DNA of 64,000 bases from assembly GCA_964584225.1 (NCBI GenBank), contig CAZOZG010000002.1:5127-69126 (forward strand), read 5' to 3'. The number at the start of each line of letters is the position of its first letter. Position 1 is the stretch's first letter. This DNA is from an uncultured Candidatus Saccharibacteria bacterium. GTDB lineage: Bacteria; Patescibacteriota; Minisyncoccia; Phycocordibacterales; UBA2100. Made by a program: the position numbers and the translations under genes. Under the pieces are notes generated by a model. The model made no database searches. It was given only the letters and a program-made list of their open reading frames with translations, and was not told the DNA's origin. Below, one piece after another: positions 16,706 through 26,142 of the stretch.

Positions 16706-18079
16706 TTACAACATTTCAAGAACCGCCTGCGCGACGCGTTCAGCCGATTTTCCGTCTACCTTATAAAGCATATCGTGTTTCAATACTTCTCTTTCTTTGC
16801 GTAAATACTCTGGATTTTCAAGAAACTTTTTGATTTCTGCTTCGAGTTCATCATGACTTTTCACAAGCGGCGCCGCACCGATCTGAGTGATGTGTTTGTA
16901 GTGATTGCGCTCATACACGCGCGCGACAGAATCCCAATACGACGGGTGATGATCGCCATCGTATCCAATCAAAATCACCGGCCTGTCATTTGCAGAGGCG
17001 TCGAGCGAGAGCGTCGACTCGGTGTTGATGACGACGTCGCTGTGCTTCAATGAATTTGCGAGATGTGCAATGTCTTTGTTGGTAAACGTCCACGCATACG
17101 TATTGCCAACGCCCATGTCGACCGAAAATTGCAGCTTATCAGAGAGATGCGTACCCGGTCGGTCGAAAATGAAGTGCTTCAATTTTAATTTTTCACTCGA
17201 ATCCGGATATTTCGGATGGAATCGCGCCAGAACCTGCAATGGTCCAAACCTTCCCTCCTCAATGCGCTTATCAAGCTCAATCATGATGTCGCTCGTAAAT
17301 GGTGTCTTCCAATCTCCAGGTACCGCAATCAAGATCATCCGCTTCTTGGGGTCACCACCGATGCCTGCGATGAATTGTTCGCGGGGCACGAAAATATCCT
17401 GTCGTGCATACACATCAAACTGCGGAAAACCGGTGATGACGATGTTTTGTGGCTTGTAATCGCCGAGCTCGATTGCCTCTTCTTTGTTGAACTCGTTGAA
17501 CACAAGTAAGCGATCCGCGCGCATGCGTGTAAATGCCTTGGTCGTCAGCACGTCCCAACTTTTCGCGGTCGTCGCCGTTTTCACGCCGTGTCGCTTCGCT
17601 TGCCGCATCAAGCGAAAATCTTCCGGCGAGAACATGTTGGGCGTGAAGACGAGATCAGGGTTGTATGTGTGAAAGAGATCCTCGCAGTAATCGTCAGGCG
17701 GCACCGTGTAGAGCCAGCGCAAAAATTCGCGCCACACGCGAAAGCGTCCAAGAAATCCGAAAACGCTGCCAACGCAAAATCGCCACAGCGGCCAGCCTTT
17801 GGAGCGCCACATATGCCGACGCAAGACAGCTGAGCGTGTCGGCAATGAATTCCATCCGATGAAATACCACAATCGCTCAGCAAAGGTCGTCGCTTCGGGA
17901 TGGCGTTCGATGAAGACGCGATCACTGCCGTAAGACGTGTGATAGTAGTCGAGACTGCCCTGCGCGCGGACGATGAGCACAAATCGATGCCCCGCCTGTT
18001 TCAAATATTCAAACGTGCCTGAGCGCAACACATTTTTCTCCGTGTCACCGTCGTAGACCGATATGAAAATGGTTTTCAT
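16706..18079 (-). CDS. TagF/KpsS-like GT-B transferase (CDP-alditol or CMP-sugar dependent family), tentative.
   Basis: Segments DIMIELDKRIEEGRFGPLQVLARFHPKYPD and VINTESTLSLDASANDRPVILIGYDGDHHPSYWDSVARVYERNHY resemble conserved blocks of CDP-glycerol glycerophosphotransferase / capsule-synthesis proteins. Confidence 0.3.
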   Translation of the reverse strand: MKTIFISVYDGDTEKNVLRSGTFEYLKQAGHRFVLIVRAQGSLDYYHTSYGSDRVFIERHPEATTFAERLWYFIGWNSLPTRSAVLRRHMWRSKGWPLWRFCVGSVFGFLGRFRVWREFLRWLYTVPPDDYCEDLFHTYNPDLVFTPNMFSPEDFRLMRQAKRHGVKTATTAKSWDVLTTKAFTRMRADRLLVFNEFNKEEAIELGDYKPQNIVITGFPQFDVYARQDIFVPREQFIAGIGGDPKKRMILIAVPGDWKTPFTSDIMIELDKRIEEGRFGPLQVLARFHPKYPDSSEKLKLKHFIFDRPGTHLSDKLQFSVDMGVGNTYAWTFTNKDIAHLANSLKHSDVVINTESTLSLDASANDRPVILIGYDGDHHPSYWDSVARVYERNHYKHITQIGAAPLVKSHDELEAEIKKFLENPEYLRKEREVLKHDMLYKVDGKSAERVAQAVLEML

Positions 18080-18804
18080 GGTTTTTGTGCGACGAGAATG
18101 TGCGAGACACCGAAAGGCAGATTGAGTCGGCGATTCACTGATCGCTCGACATCGATAACGTGCGCTAAGATGCCGTTGATCCAGGCAGGAATCCGCGACA
18201 AGCTGTTTGATAGTTTCTCGCCTTCAGGTTTTTTGTGATAGAAGCGCGCTACAAGCCATACCACCGGAAACATACAGATGTTCCAAAAGCCACTGTAGCG
18301 AATCTGCATGTTGTTGCGCGCAAAGAGTCCGACGAGTTCGCCACGCTTGTAGCGCCTGAGATGATGCCCGTAATCATCGTTTTCATTCCAGAGCGACGGA
18401 AACGCCGGCACCAATATGTAGGCCGAACCGCGCGACTTCAAGACGCGCGCGATCTCGGCAACCGTTTTCGTGTCGTCGATGTGTTCGAGTACGTCAGCGC
18501 AGACGATCGCGTCGACCGAATCACTGGGAAGCGGAATGTCTTCGGCTGAGGCAAGTAATGTTTCGTGATAGCCACGCGCACGCGCGTGTGCGAGCGCTTC
18601 TTCTGAAATATCGAGCCCAATCACTTTCTGAGCGTGAACGGCAAGGACGGGAAAATTCGCACCGACGCCGCATCCAAGATCCAATAGGACGCCGCGCTCT
18701 GCGGGAAAGCGCTCGAGCAAATCATTGAGGACGCGTCGGCGCGATACGTACCACCAACTCGTTTCTTCAAAGCCGGCAATTTCCTCGTGGCTATACGTTT
18801 CCAT
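18076..18804 (-). CDS. Class I SAM-dependent methyltransferase.
   Basis: Motif I LLDLGCGVGANFPVL, and post-I acidic residue VIGLDISEE. Confidence 0.7.
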   Translation of the reverse strand: METYSHEEIAGFEETSWWYVSRRRVLNDLLERFPAERGVLLDLGCGVGANFPVLAVHAQKVIGLDISEEALAHARARGYHETLLASAEDIPLPSDSVDAIVCADVLEHIDDTKTVAEIARVLKSRGSAYILVPAFPSLWNENDDYGHHLRRYKRGELVGLFARNNMQIRYSGFWNICMFPVVWLVARFYHKKPEGEKLSNSLSRIPAWINGILAHVIDVERSVNRRLNLPFGVSHILVAQKP

Positions 18805-19405
18805 GATCCTTCACGACGCGAAACATAAAGTGCACTTCTTCAAAGCCTCCGACCCAGAAACACCACACGCGTGAGCAGAAATAGGGCGAGAGGTTCGCGA
18901 AGAGATCAACGATCGAACCGAAGATGACACCAAACCAGTACTGATAACCAGCGAGTGTGATTCGCTTGAGATAGCGCTGCGCAAACCACGAGAGCCGCAT
19001 CGATTCTATTTTGAATTGAACTCCTTCGTAGCCGCCCTTAAATTTTGGATCAAAGTAAAGTGGGAAACTCACATCAAAACCGTGCTCGTGCTCCGGGTGA
19101 GAAAACCCGCGCGAGAAATGCGGCACACGAATCGAGACGAGTCCGCCGTTTTCCACGATCCGATGCAGCTCGCGCATCACCGCGAACGGCTTTTCGATAT
19201 GTTCCATCACGTGATCGGCTTCGACAAGTGAAAAACGATTGTCGGGAAATGGAAACGGCAGCTGATTGATGTTGTGCACGACGTCGGCGCCCACATTGGC
19301 TCGGAAATCCAAGTTGACATATCCGTCTTTCGGAAATTCACCACTCCCGAGATTGAGTTTGCGCGATTCCTCCGCGTGCATTGCGGGCATCGTAGCACAT
19401 CTCAC
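18791..19405 (-). CDS. Class I SAM-dependent methyltransferase (Methyltransf_11-like).
   Basis: LNLGSGEFPKDGYVNLDF...ADHVMEHIEKPFAVMRELHRIVENGGLV. Confidence 0.6.
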   Translation of the reverse strand: MRCATMPAMHAEESRKLNLGSGEFPKDGYVNLDFRANVGADVVHNINQLPFPFPDNRFSLVEADHVMEHIEKPFAVMRELHRIVENGGLVSIRVPHFSRGFSHPEHEHGFDVSFPLYFDPKFKGGYEGVQFKIESMRLSWFAQRYLKRITLAGYQYWFGVIFGSIVDLFANLSPYFCSRVWCFWVGGFEEVHFMFRVVKDHGNV

Positions 19406-21262
19406 CTATCGCATCCACGCGTCGTACCACAGCTGGAATGTCATTAGGGTCCACAATTTTTTGCGATGATCGCGCGTGCCGGATTCATGCTCGTGCAACA
19501 TACGCTGAATTGGCTCTGGTTTGAAAAAGCCACTGCGGCGCACCGAGTCGGTGGATAGCAATTGATGCGAGAGATCGCGCAATTCTTTCTGCAACCAGCG
19601 ACCAATTGGCACCCCAAAGCCTTGTTTTTTGCGCCACACATTTTCCAACGGCAATTTTTCACTCATGAGCCGCTTCAAAAGGTACTTGCCAGTAAGCCCG
19701 CGATATTTATATGAGTACGGAAGTGCAGAGACAAATTCCACGAGCGTATGATCGAGAAACGGTGCGCGCACTTCCAAGCCGTGCGCCATGCTCGCACGAT
19801 CGACTTTGACCAAAACCTGATCCATGAGGTAGGTGCGCGCGTATGACCATAAAAGGTCGTGATGAAATTGTTCTTTGTCTGCATGGATCGAAAAGAATTG
19901 ATCAAGGTGCGCATACGGTGACCGGCGTGCGGGAGTAATCAAAAGATCATTCGCCTCGCGATCATTGAACGCGCCGAGCCACTGTTGATGCCGATAGCGC
20001 GGATCGGTATCCGCGCCTTCGATAAATTTTTTGAGGACGAAATCTGCACTAAAATAGCCGTGACGGACAGGTAACGCATTGATCACAGGCTCGATGAGCG
20101 AACTGCGCAGGGCACGCGGAATTGCGCGATACCAGCTCACAAATTGTTCTGCACGAAAGGTCGGATAGCCAGCAAACAGTTCGTCGGCGCCGTCGCCGCC
20201 GAGCGCGACCGAGACGTGCTTTTTAGTGAAGGATGACAAAAGGTACGTCGGCAGCACCGACGCGTCGGCGAGTGGTTCATCGATGTAGCGAAACACTTCC
20301 GGAATGAGCTCGACGCAACGCGCGGAAGAAAATTGCTCTGCCGTATGCTCAACCCCGATTGTTTTTGCAGCGATTTTCGCATATGTAAGTTCGTCGAAAT
20401 CTGCATCGTCGAAACCGATCGAGAATGTCTTCACCGGTGCACGCGAGGTCTTTTTTGCGTAGTACGCGACCGTCGAGCTATCGATACCACCTGAGAGGAA
20501 CACTCCTAAGGGGACGTCGCTCATGAGGCGCTTTTCAACAGCGCGCGAGAGATGCCGATCGAGCATCTCTCGCGCGTGTTCAAATGAGATCGAGTGTGAT
20601 TGTCGCGACAACGACCAGTAAATTTCCTCTTGCGGCTCACTCCCCTTTTTCGAAACGACGTAGCCACCTGGCTGTACCTTGCGCACACCTTTGAAAATCG
20701 AATATGGCGTCGGAACGTATTCGTACGTGAGATACATGCGCACGGCATCCGGATCAATTTCTTTTTTGAATGCGGGGTGCTGCATCAACGATTTCAATTC
20801 GGAGCCGAAAATCAAGGTGTCGTCGAATACTCCCCAGTACAGGGGTTTCTTCCCCATGCGATCGCGCACAAGATACACGGTGTCGCCACGATGATCGTAG
20901 AGCGCGAAGGCGAACATGCCCTCGAGCTTTTCAAACGCTTTCGCCCCGTATCGCTCGAAGAGCGCAAGAATCACCTCGGTGTCGGTGTTGCTCGTGAATA
21001 CGTAGCCTTGAATTTCTTTTTTGAGTTCTTGGAAATTATAGATTTCGCCGTTGAAAATGATGGTCGTGTGGCCGCTCGCGCTCGTCATTGGCTGATGACC
21101 TGCTGCTGATAGGTCGATAATCGAAAGACGCGTGTGCGCAAAACCAATATGACCTGCATACCAGATACCTCGATCGTCCGGCCCGCGGCGACCCAATGCA
21201 TTCGTCATTTTATCGAGCGTCGCCGTGTCGCCCTTCCCGTAAAATCCGCCGATGCCGCACAT
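19406..21262 (-). CDS. asnB: Asparagine synthase (glutamine-hydrolysing) family amidotransferase.
   Basis: MCGIGGFYGKGD N-terminal nucleophile, and the SGGIDSS PP-loop. Confidence 0.85.
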   Translation of the reverse strand: MCGIGGFYGKGDTATLDKMTNALGRRGPDDRGIWYAGHIGFAHTRLSIIDLSAAGHQPMTSASGHTTIIFNGEIYNFQELKKEIQGYVFTSNTDTEVILALFERYGAKAFEKLEGMFAFALYDHRGDTVYLVRDRMGKKPLYWGVFDDTLIFGSELKSLMQHPAFKKEIDPDAVRMYLTYEYVPTPYSIFKGVRKVQPGGYVVSKKGSEPQEEIYWSLSRQSHSISFEHAREMLDRHLSRAVEKRLMSDVPLGVFLSGGIDSSTVAYYAKKTSRAPVKTFSIGFDDADFDELTYAKIAAKTIGVEHTAEQFSSARCVELIPEVFRYIDEPLADASVLPTYLLSSFTKKHVSVALGGDGADELFAGYPTFRAEQFVSWYRAIPRALRSSLIEPVINALPVRHGYFSADFVLKKFIEGADTDPRYRHQQWLGAFNDREANDLLITPARRSPYAHLDQFFSIHADKEQFHHDLLWSYARTYLMDQVLVKVDRASMAHGLEVRAPFLDHTLVEFVSALPYSYKYRGLTGKYLLKRLMSEKLPLENVWRKKQGFGVPIGRWLQKELRDLSHQLLSTDSVRRSGFFKPEPIQRMLHEHESGTRDHRKKLWTLMTFQLWYDAWMR

Positions 21263-21265
21263 AGG

Positions 21266-22204
21266 CTAGCAGTTTATCTTTTCAGCGATGCGATACGTGC
21301 GTTTGCCCTGCCCTTCGTAATAGATGCGCGTCAATACTTCCGCGATGAGCCCCATGAGAATGAATTGCACGCCAATCAAAATGAGAAAGATCGTGAGAAG
21401 CGGCAGCGGCGTCAGGATAAACGACACGCCCCAGGCAATTTTAAGTACGACAGCCCACAACCCGCATGCTGCTCCGAGAATAATGCTCGCAAAACCGACC
21501 AATCCGAAGAAATGCATCGGGCGCGCGAGGTAGGTCGTCAAAAACTTCACGACCAAGAGATCCAGGAGGACTTTGACCGTGCGCGAGAGATTGTATTTGG
21601 AAACCCCGTGCACCCGCGGGTGGTGCGTTACTTCGATTTCAGTGACACGCCCGCCATTCCACGCGGCATAGGCCGGGATGAAGCGGTGCATTTCACCGTA
21701 GAGCATAACGCCGTCGAGCGCGTTTCTTCGGTATGCTTTGAGCGAACAGCCGTAATCGCTGATGCGAACGCCGGTGACGCGCGCGATAAGCGCGTTGGCC
21801 ATTTTCGAAGGCAGGGTGCGCGTGAGCGAATTGTCTTGGCGATTTTTACGCCAGCCGGAAACGACGTCATACCCTTCATCGAGCTTCGCAACAAGACGCG
21901 GAATATCAGCGGGATCATTCTGGCGATCTGCGTCCATCGGAATGATGATGCCACCCTGCGCGAGCTCGAAGCCGGCAGCCATCGCCGCGGTCTGACCAAA
22001 ATTGCGACTGAACCGCAGTACACGCACTGATGTATCCATCTTCGCGAGTTCACGCAACTCGGCGAAACTTTCGTCACGCGAACCGTCGTCGACAAAAATA
22101 ATTTCATATTCGCCCATTCCTTTCACAACCGGCATGAGTCGCTCGTACAAGGGTTTCAAATTCCCCGCTTCGTTATAAACCGGTATGACGATGGAGTACT
22201 TCAT
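21266..22204 (-). CDS. GT2 polyprenyl-phosphate sugar synthase-like glycosyltransferase (DPM1/ArnC/GtrB-like) with C-terminal TM helices.
   Basis: MKYSIVIPVYNEAGNL...IIFVDDGSRDES...DADRQNDP. The start is set at the internal ATG 22204, which forms an ATGA overlap with the upstream gene's stop. The track ORF is 42 codons longer. Confidence 0.75.
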   Translation of the reverse strand: MKYSIVIPVYNEAGNLKPLYERLMPVVKGMGEYEIIFVDDGSRDESFAELRELAKMDTSVRVLRFSRNFGQTAAMAAGFELAQGGIIIPMDADRQNDPADIPRLVAKLDEGYDVVSGWRKNRQDNSLTRTLPSKMANALIARVTGVRISDYGCSLKAYRRNALDGVMLYGEMHRFIPAYAAWNGGRVTEIEVTHHPRVHGVSKYNLSRTVKVLLDLLVVKFLTTYLARPMHFFGLVGFASIILGAACGLWAVVLKIAWGVSFILTPLPLLTIFLILIGVQFILMGLIAEVLTRIYYEGQGKRTYRIAEKINC

Positions 22205-23580
22205 GAGCTTCGCTGTATCATACGCCGCAATCGAGCAATAAGATACGCCCCGCCGACGACTGCGCCGGTAAAGATCAACGGATTGATGGGATAACGATAA
22301 CGACCGTTTACCCCGGCGCCGGCAGACCACGAGAGACCGAGGTAATAGAGAACGCTCAAGAGCATGACGAGTGCGAAAATGCGCTGCGTACCTCCGCGTA
22401 TCACAAGGACGATTGAGCCGACAAAAAACAGCGCGCTCACGATGACCCAGAACAAGCGACCGACAAGCGGGACAATGAGTACCGGACCTGTCTCACTGAC
22501 GACGCGCTCGAAGGTTGCAATTGGCCCCTCTGTAATCAGCATGTGCGTCGGCGAAAACGTGTAGTCGAAAGAGTGCACGAGATTCCAGTGTTCGAGGTAA
22601 TACGTCCATGCGTCGTTCGTGAAAAACGCGATCGCAACCGAGACGAACGATTTCACCGTTGCGCCAGGGTTGTCGATCATAATGGCGAGCCCCTCGCGGA
22701 AGAGCGTCGGCGATAGCGAAAGATTTTGCTGAATCGTATCCAGCGGAATGTTGTGTCGCTTTGCGAAATCTGCTTCGAGCGCGTCTTTCGCGCTTCGCCA
22801 CGCAACACCGTCGCGATACGAAATAATCGTGGCACCGAGATCAGAGTACACATTTTGAAGGCCACCGGAGGAGAAGCTCACGACGCCAAAAATTCGGTCG
22901 TTTCGAATAAGCCACGGACTCGAAATGATGAGAAACGGAATAATCGCCGCAGCGACGTATTTCAGATATGCGCGCGGCGATTCGACCAAAAGCACGACAA
23001 GGATGAGCAACGCAGGTGTGAATTCTGCGATGGGACGCGTCAGCGCCGCGAGCGCGCAGAGCGCGCTCGCGGCGCATAGTGCAACAACCGATCGCTCGGT
23101 CACGTAGCGAAACACACAGTAGATTGCCAGCGTGTTGATCGTCGCAAACAACGTCTCCGTCAGAATCGAAAAATTGATAAAAATCGAATAAGGCTCAAAC
23201 GCCATGAGCGCTGCGGCGACGAGCGCGATGCGCTCGTCGCTCCCAACCATATACGCAATCTTGTACGTAAAAAGAATCAACACGAGTGACAATACAATTT
23301 GCAACCAAATGACCGGTAGGTCCGAGCCCGTTACCGACTCTGATGCCGCGATCATCAAGGGCAAGAGCGGTGTTCGGATACTGTCCGGCGCATATGGCGA
23401 ACTCGTCGCCATCGAGTATCCGTTCCCCGCGAGCATATTGTGCGCAAGTTGCGTGTAATTCCCGGTGTCACCAAGCACAAAAAAATCGGGTCGACCTGCC
23501 GAGTCGAGCGCCAAGAAAAGCACAAGTCGGAGGAGAAGCGCGAGCCCAAGAATCCACCAGAGCCTTTTGGGAATATTCAT
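22201..23580 (-). CDS. GT-C-fold membrane glycosyltransferase (ArnT/PMT, GT39/83-like), paralog 1.
   Basis: Polytopic. The N-terminal loop LGDTGNYTQLAHNMLAGNGYSMATSSPYAPDSIRTPLLPLMIAA is shared with paralogs 24756..26141 and 42341..43705. Confidence 0.55.
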   Translation of the reverse strand: MNIPKRLWWILGLALLLRLVLFLALDSAGRPDFFVLGDTGNYTQLAHNMLAGNGYSMATSSPYAPDSIRTPLLPLMIAASESVTGSDLPVIWLQIVLSLVLILFTYKIAYMVGSDERIALVAAALMAFEPYSIFINFSILTETLFATINTLAIYCVFRYVTERSVVALCAASALCALAALTRPIAEFTPALLILVVLLVESPRAYLKYVAAAIIPFLIISSPWLIRNDRIFGVVSFSSGGLQNVYSDLGATIISYRDGVAWRSAKDALEADFAKRHNIPLDTIQQNLSLSPTLFREGLAIMIDNPGATVKSFVSVAIAFFTNDAWTYYLEHWNLVHSFDYTFSPTHMLITEGPIATFERVVSETGPVLIVPLVGRLFWVIVSALFFVGSIVLVIRGGTQRIFALVMLLSVLYYLGLSWSAGAGVNGRYRYPINPLIFTGAVVGGAYLIARLRRMIQRSS

Positions 23581-24674
23581 ATGCTCTTCGATGGCGCAGC
23601 ACGGAAAATCCAGCGGAGCGCGAAGAAACTTTCAAGCGCGATCACGATATTGGTAATGACGGCAGCAAGCATGTACCACAATCCAGCGTATTCGACCAAG
23701 ACGTACATCATCACCAAATTGATGGCAAGGTTGAATATCGCGACAGAAAAATGCTGCGACATTTGTGTGCCGATTCTCTCGGTTGCTGCGTTTCTGAAGG
23801 TCCAGTACTTTTGCATCGCGAAACTTGCCATAAACGCAAAGACAAACGCGAGCGCGGAGGAAAACAAATACCAAATGGAGACGTACTCCGTAAAAATATA
23901 GAGAAGCGCGAAGTTGATCACCGCTGCAAGTCCGCCGGAAATGATAAAACGCGTGACTTTCATCGCAGAACTTCTTCGATGTGCGCCGATCCCGAGTCGA
24001 GCGAGGAAAATCGCGAGTACGATTTCGATGCCGTGTACCCAATTGAGCTTTTTGCCACTTTGTTTCGTGCGCGCTGCATACGAAATTGGTATCTCGACTG
24101 CGCGGCCACTCCTGATGAGCACCAGCGTCAGGTCGACTGCATCAAAGACAAAGTCATCGTGCGAGGATTGTAGGAGCTCCCGCACGTACGCGCGCGGGAA
24201 CACTTTGTAGCAAGTGAATATGTCAGAAAGACGTGTGAAAAAAAGAATGTTAAACATCCGCGTCACCAACTCACCACCATGGAAAAAGATTAAGCTATAC
24301 GGGACGTTATTTTGTTGCATCGAACGGGACCCAAAAACAGAATCTGCGCGCCCTTCGATAATCGGTGCGAGCAATTTCATGTATTCAGCCGGATCGTATT
24401 CAAGATCTGCATCTTGAATAATGATGTATTCGCCGCGCGCCGCTTTCAATCCGTCTTTCACCGCTGCTCCTTTCCCACCGTTTCGTAGGCGATAGAGAAG
24501 TGTCACGTTTTCAAGTCCGCGTAATACCGATTTCGTCTCATCGCGAGAGCCATCGTCAACGACGATAATTTCTTTTTGCCATCCGCTTGGAAGAGGCGCG
24601 TTTTTGACGCGCCGAATGAGCTCGGCGATACTCGCCGCTTCGTTGTAGCACGGAATCACAACCGAAAGGGTCAT
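23577..24674 (-). CDS. GT2 glycosyltransferase fused to a C-terminal GtrA-like membrane domain.
   Basis: MTLSVVIPCYNEAASIAELIRRV...VVDDGSRDET, then KVTRFIISGGLAAVINFALLYIFTEYV (GtrA-like). An alternative start lies at 24734. Confidence 0.65.
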   Translation of the reverse strand: MTLSVVIPCYNEAASIAELIRRVKNAPLPSGWQKEIIVVDDGSRDETKSVLRGLENVTLLYRLRNGGKGAAVKDGLKAARGEYIIIQDADLEYDPAEYMKLLAPIIEGRADSVFGSRSMQQNNVPYSLIFFHGGELVTRMFNILFFTRLSDIFTCYKVFPRAYVRELLQSSHDDFVFDAVDLTLVLIRSGRAVEIPISYAARTKQSGKKLNWVHGIEIVLAIFLARLGIGAHRRSSAMKVTRFIISGGLAAVINFALLYIFTEYVSIWYLFSSALAFVFAFMASFAMQKYWTFRNAATERIGTQMSQHFSVAIFNLAINLVMMYVLVEYAGLWYMLAAVITNIVIALESFFALRWIFRAAPSKSI

Positions 24675-24755
24675 ATGAAAAAAGTGGCTCTCCCACTCAT
24701 TAAAAACACTCTCACGGAACGCTGCATCTATCAAGTCGCGTGCTATTGTAGGCGG

Positions 24756-26141
24756 ATGTCAGGAATCTTGGACACACTTTTCAGCCCGTTTCGACGCAAT
24801 CGAGGGCAGTCGTTCTTCGAGCGCGATCACGCGTGGTTTTTCTTGCTTTTCGCCTTTCTGCTGCGCTTTGCGGTCTTTTGTTTTATCCTGGTTTGTTTCG
24901 GGGACACGGGATTTTTCTTGTCGCCCTTTTCCGACGGTCAGGGATACGTCACGATTGCGCAAAATCTTCTCCCCGGTCACGGATTTTCGCTCGATACAGC
25001 CGAACCATATTCCGCCGACATTAAGCGCGTCCCGCTCTATCCGCTCTTTCTCGCGTCAACATTCGCACTCACAGGTGGCGCGTGGTGGCTCGCAGCTCTA
25101 CTGCAAGTCGTCATCGGCTCGGCCGTCGTCTTTTGGATATACCGACTCACTTTAGAGCTGTGGGAAAAACGTGCGGCATTTTTTGCGGCAGTCTTCGCTT
25201 CGATTCAACCATTCGCAATCTTTCTTTCGACGCAACTTTTGGCTGAAGCGCTTTTCTCGGCAGTACTTTTCGCGTCATTCGTGTTTCTTTTCCGCGCGCT
25301 TAGGTCAGAAAAACGATATGTATTTTTGATTGCTGGTCTTATCGCGGGCCTTGCGATGCTCGTGAAGCCTGCCGCTGAATATGTGCCCGTCTTGATGACT
25401 CCCCTCATTGCGCTCGCTGAGCGCGGTGTGAAGCGGCTTTCGAATCCTGTGCTCTATCTCCTCGGGATTGCTCTGATTATCTCGCCATGGATTATTCGAA
25501 ACGACATGGTCTCCGGTATTCCGACCATTTCGTATGAATCGAGCGTTCTCTTTTCGCTGCATCTTGCAGGCTACAACGCCTACAAAGCGACCGGCGCTGC
25601 CGGCAATGAGGCACACTATCGACCAGATGACACTTATGAAGCTGTCGTCGGCACACCACAGAGCGAATATTTCATGCGCGTGTTGCGGACGTTTGCGTCG
25701 GATCCGATCGGGTTTTCAAAATATCTCGCTATCACGACGGTGCCGTTTCTCTTCGGTGATGGGTTCGTCACCATTCACAACGCACTCACGACAAACTCGT
25801 CGGTGCCAGCGTGGGATTTCTCAACCTCCGCCTCGATGCTCGGACGCACCATCGGCTTTGGCGTTTTGCCACCACAGCTTCTGGTGTTGAGTATTGTGAG
25901 TAAAGCACTGTGGGCGCTCGTGTTGCTCGCGGCGTTGTGGGGATTTGTCTCTCTCGTGTTGAAAGGTACACTACACCTCTACGTCGGCATCGCGTGCGCG
26001 CTCGCAATTACGTATTTCATGCTCGCTGGCGGACCCGTGAATTCAGCGCGCTACCGGCAACCCGTCGAACCATTATTCTTCGTGCTTGCTGGAATTGGAG
26101 TCGCGAATATATGGTCACGCATCGAACGTACACAAAAATAA
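24756..26141 (+). CDS. GT-C-fold membrane glycosyltransferase (ArnT/PMT-like), paralog 2.
   Basis: FSDGQGYVTIAQNLLPGHGFSLDTAEPYSADIKRVPLYPLFLAS and multiple TM helices. The track ORF begins at a TTG (24576); ATG candidates are 24675 and 24756. Confidence 0.5.
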   Translation: MSGILDTLFSPFRRNRGQSFFERDHAWFFLLFAFLLRFAVFCFILVCFGDTGFFLSPFSDGQGYVTIAQNLLPGHGFSLDTAEPYSADIKRVPLYPLFLASTFALTGGAWWLAALLQVVIGSAVVFWIYRLTLELWEKRAAFFAAVFASIQPFAIFLSTQLLAEALFSAVLFASFVFLFRALRSEKRYVFLIAGLIAGLAMLVKPAAEYVPVLMTPLIALAERGVKRLSNPVLYLLGIALIISPWIIRNDMVSGIPTISYESSVLFSLHLAGYNAYKATGAAGNEAHYRPDDTYEAVVGTPQSEYFMRVLRTFASDPIGFSKYLAITTVPFLFGDGFVTIHNALTTNSSVPAWDFSTSASMLGRTIGFGVLPPQLLVLSIVSKALWALVLLAALWGFVSLVLKGTLHLYVGIACALAITYFMLAGGPVNSARYRQPVEPLFFVLAGIGVANIWSRIERTQK

Positions 26142-26142
26142 T

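Noticed and set aside
24672-24677. CATATG with back-to-back divergent ATG codons (23577..24674 minus versus 24675 plus). A similar TCATATG occurs at 42341..42347.
   Set aside because: Divergent genes with zero intergenic space are implausible. It is more likely that one gene uses a different start (24734 on the minus strand and/or 24756 on the plus strand). At 42344 the motif is simply an ATGA stop/start overlap of co-directional genes.
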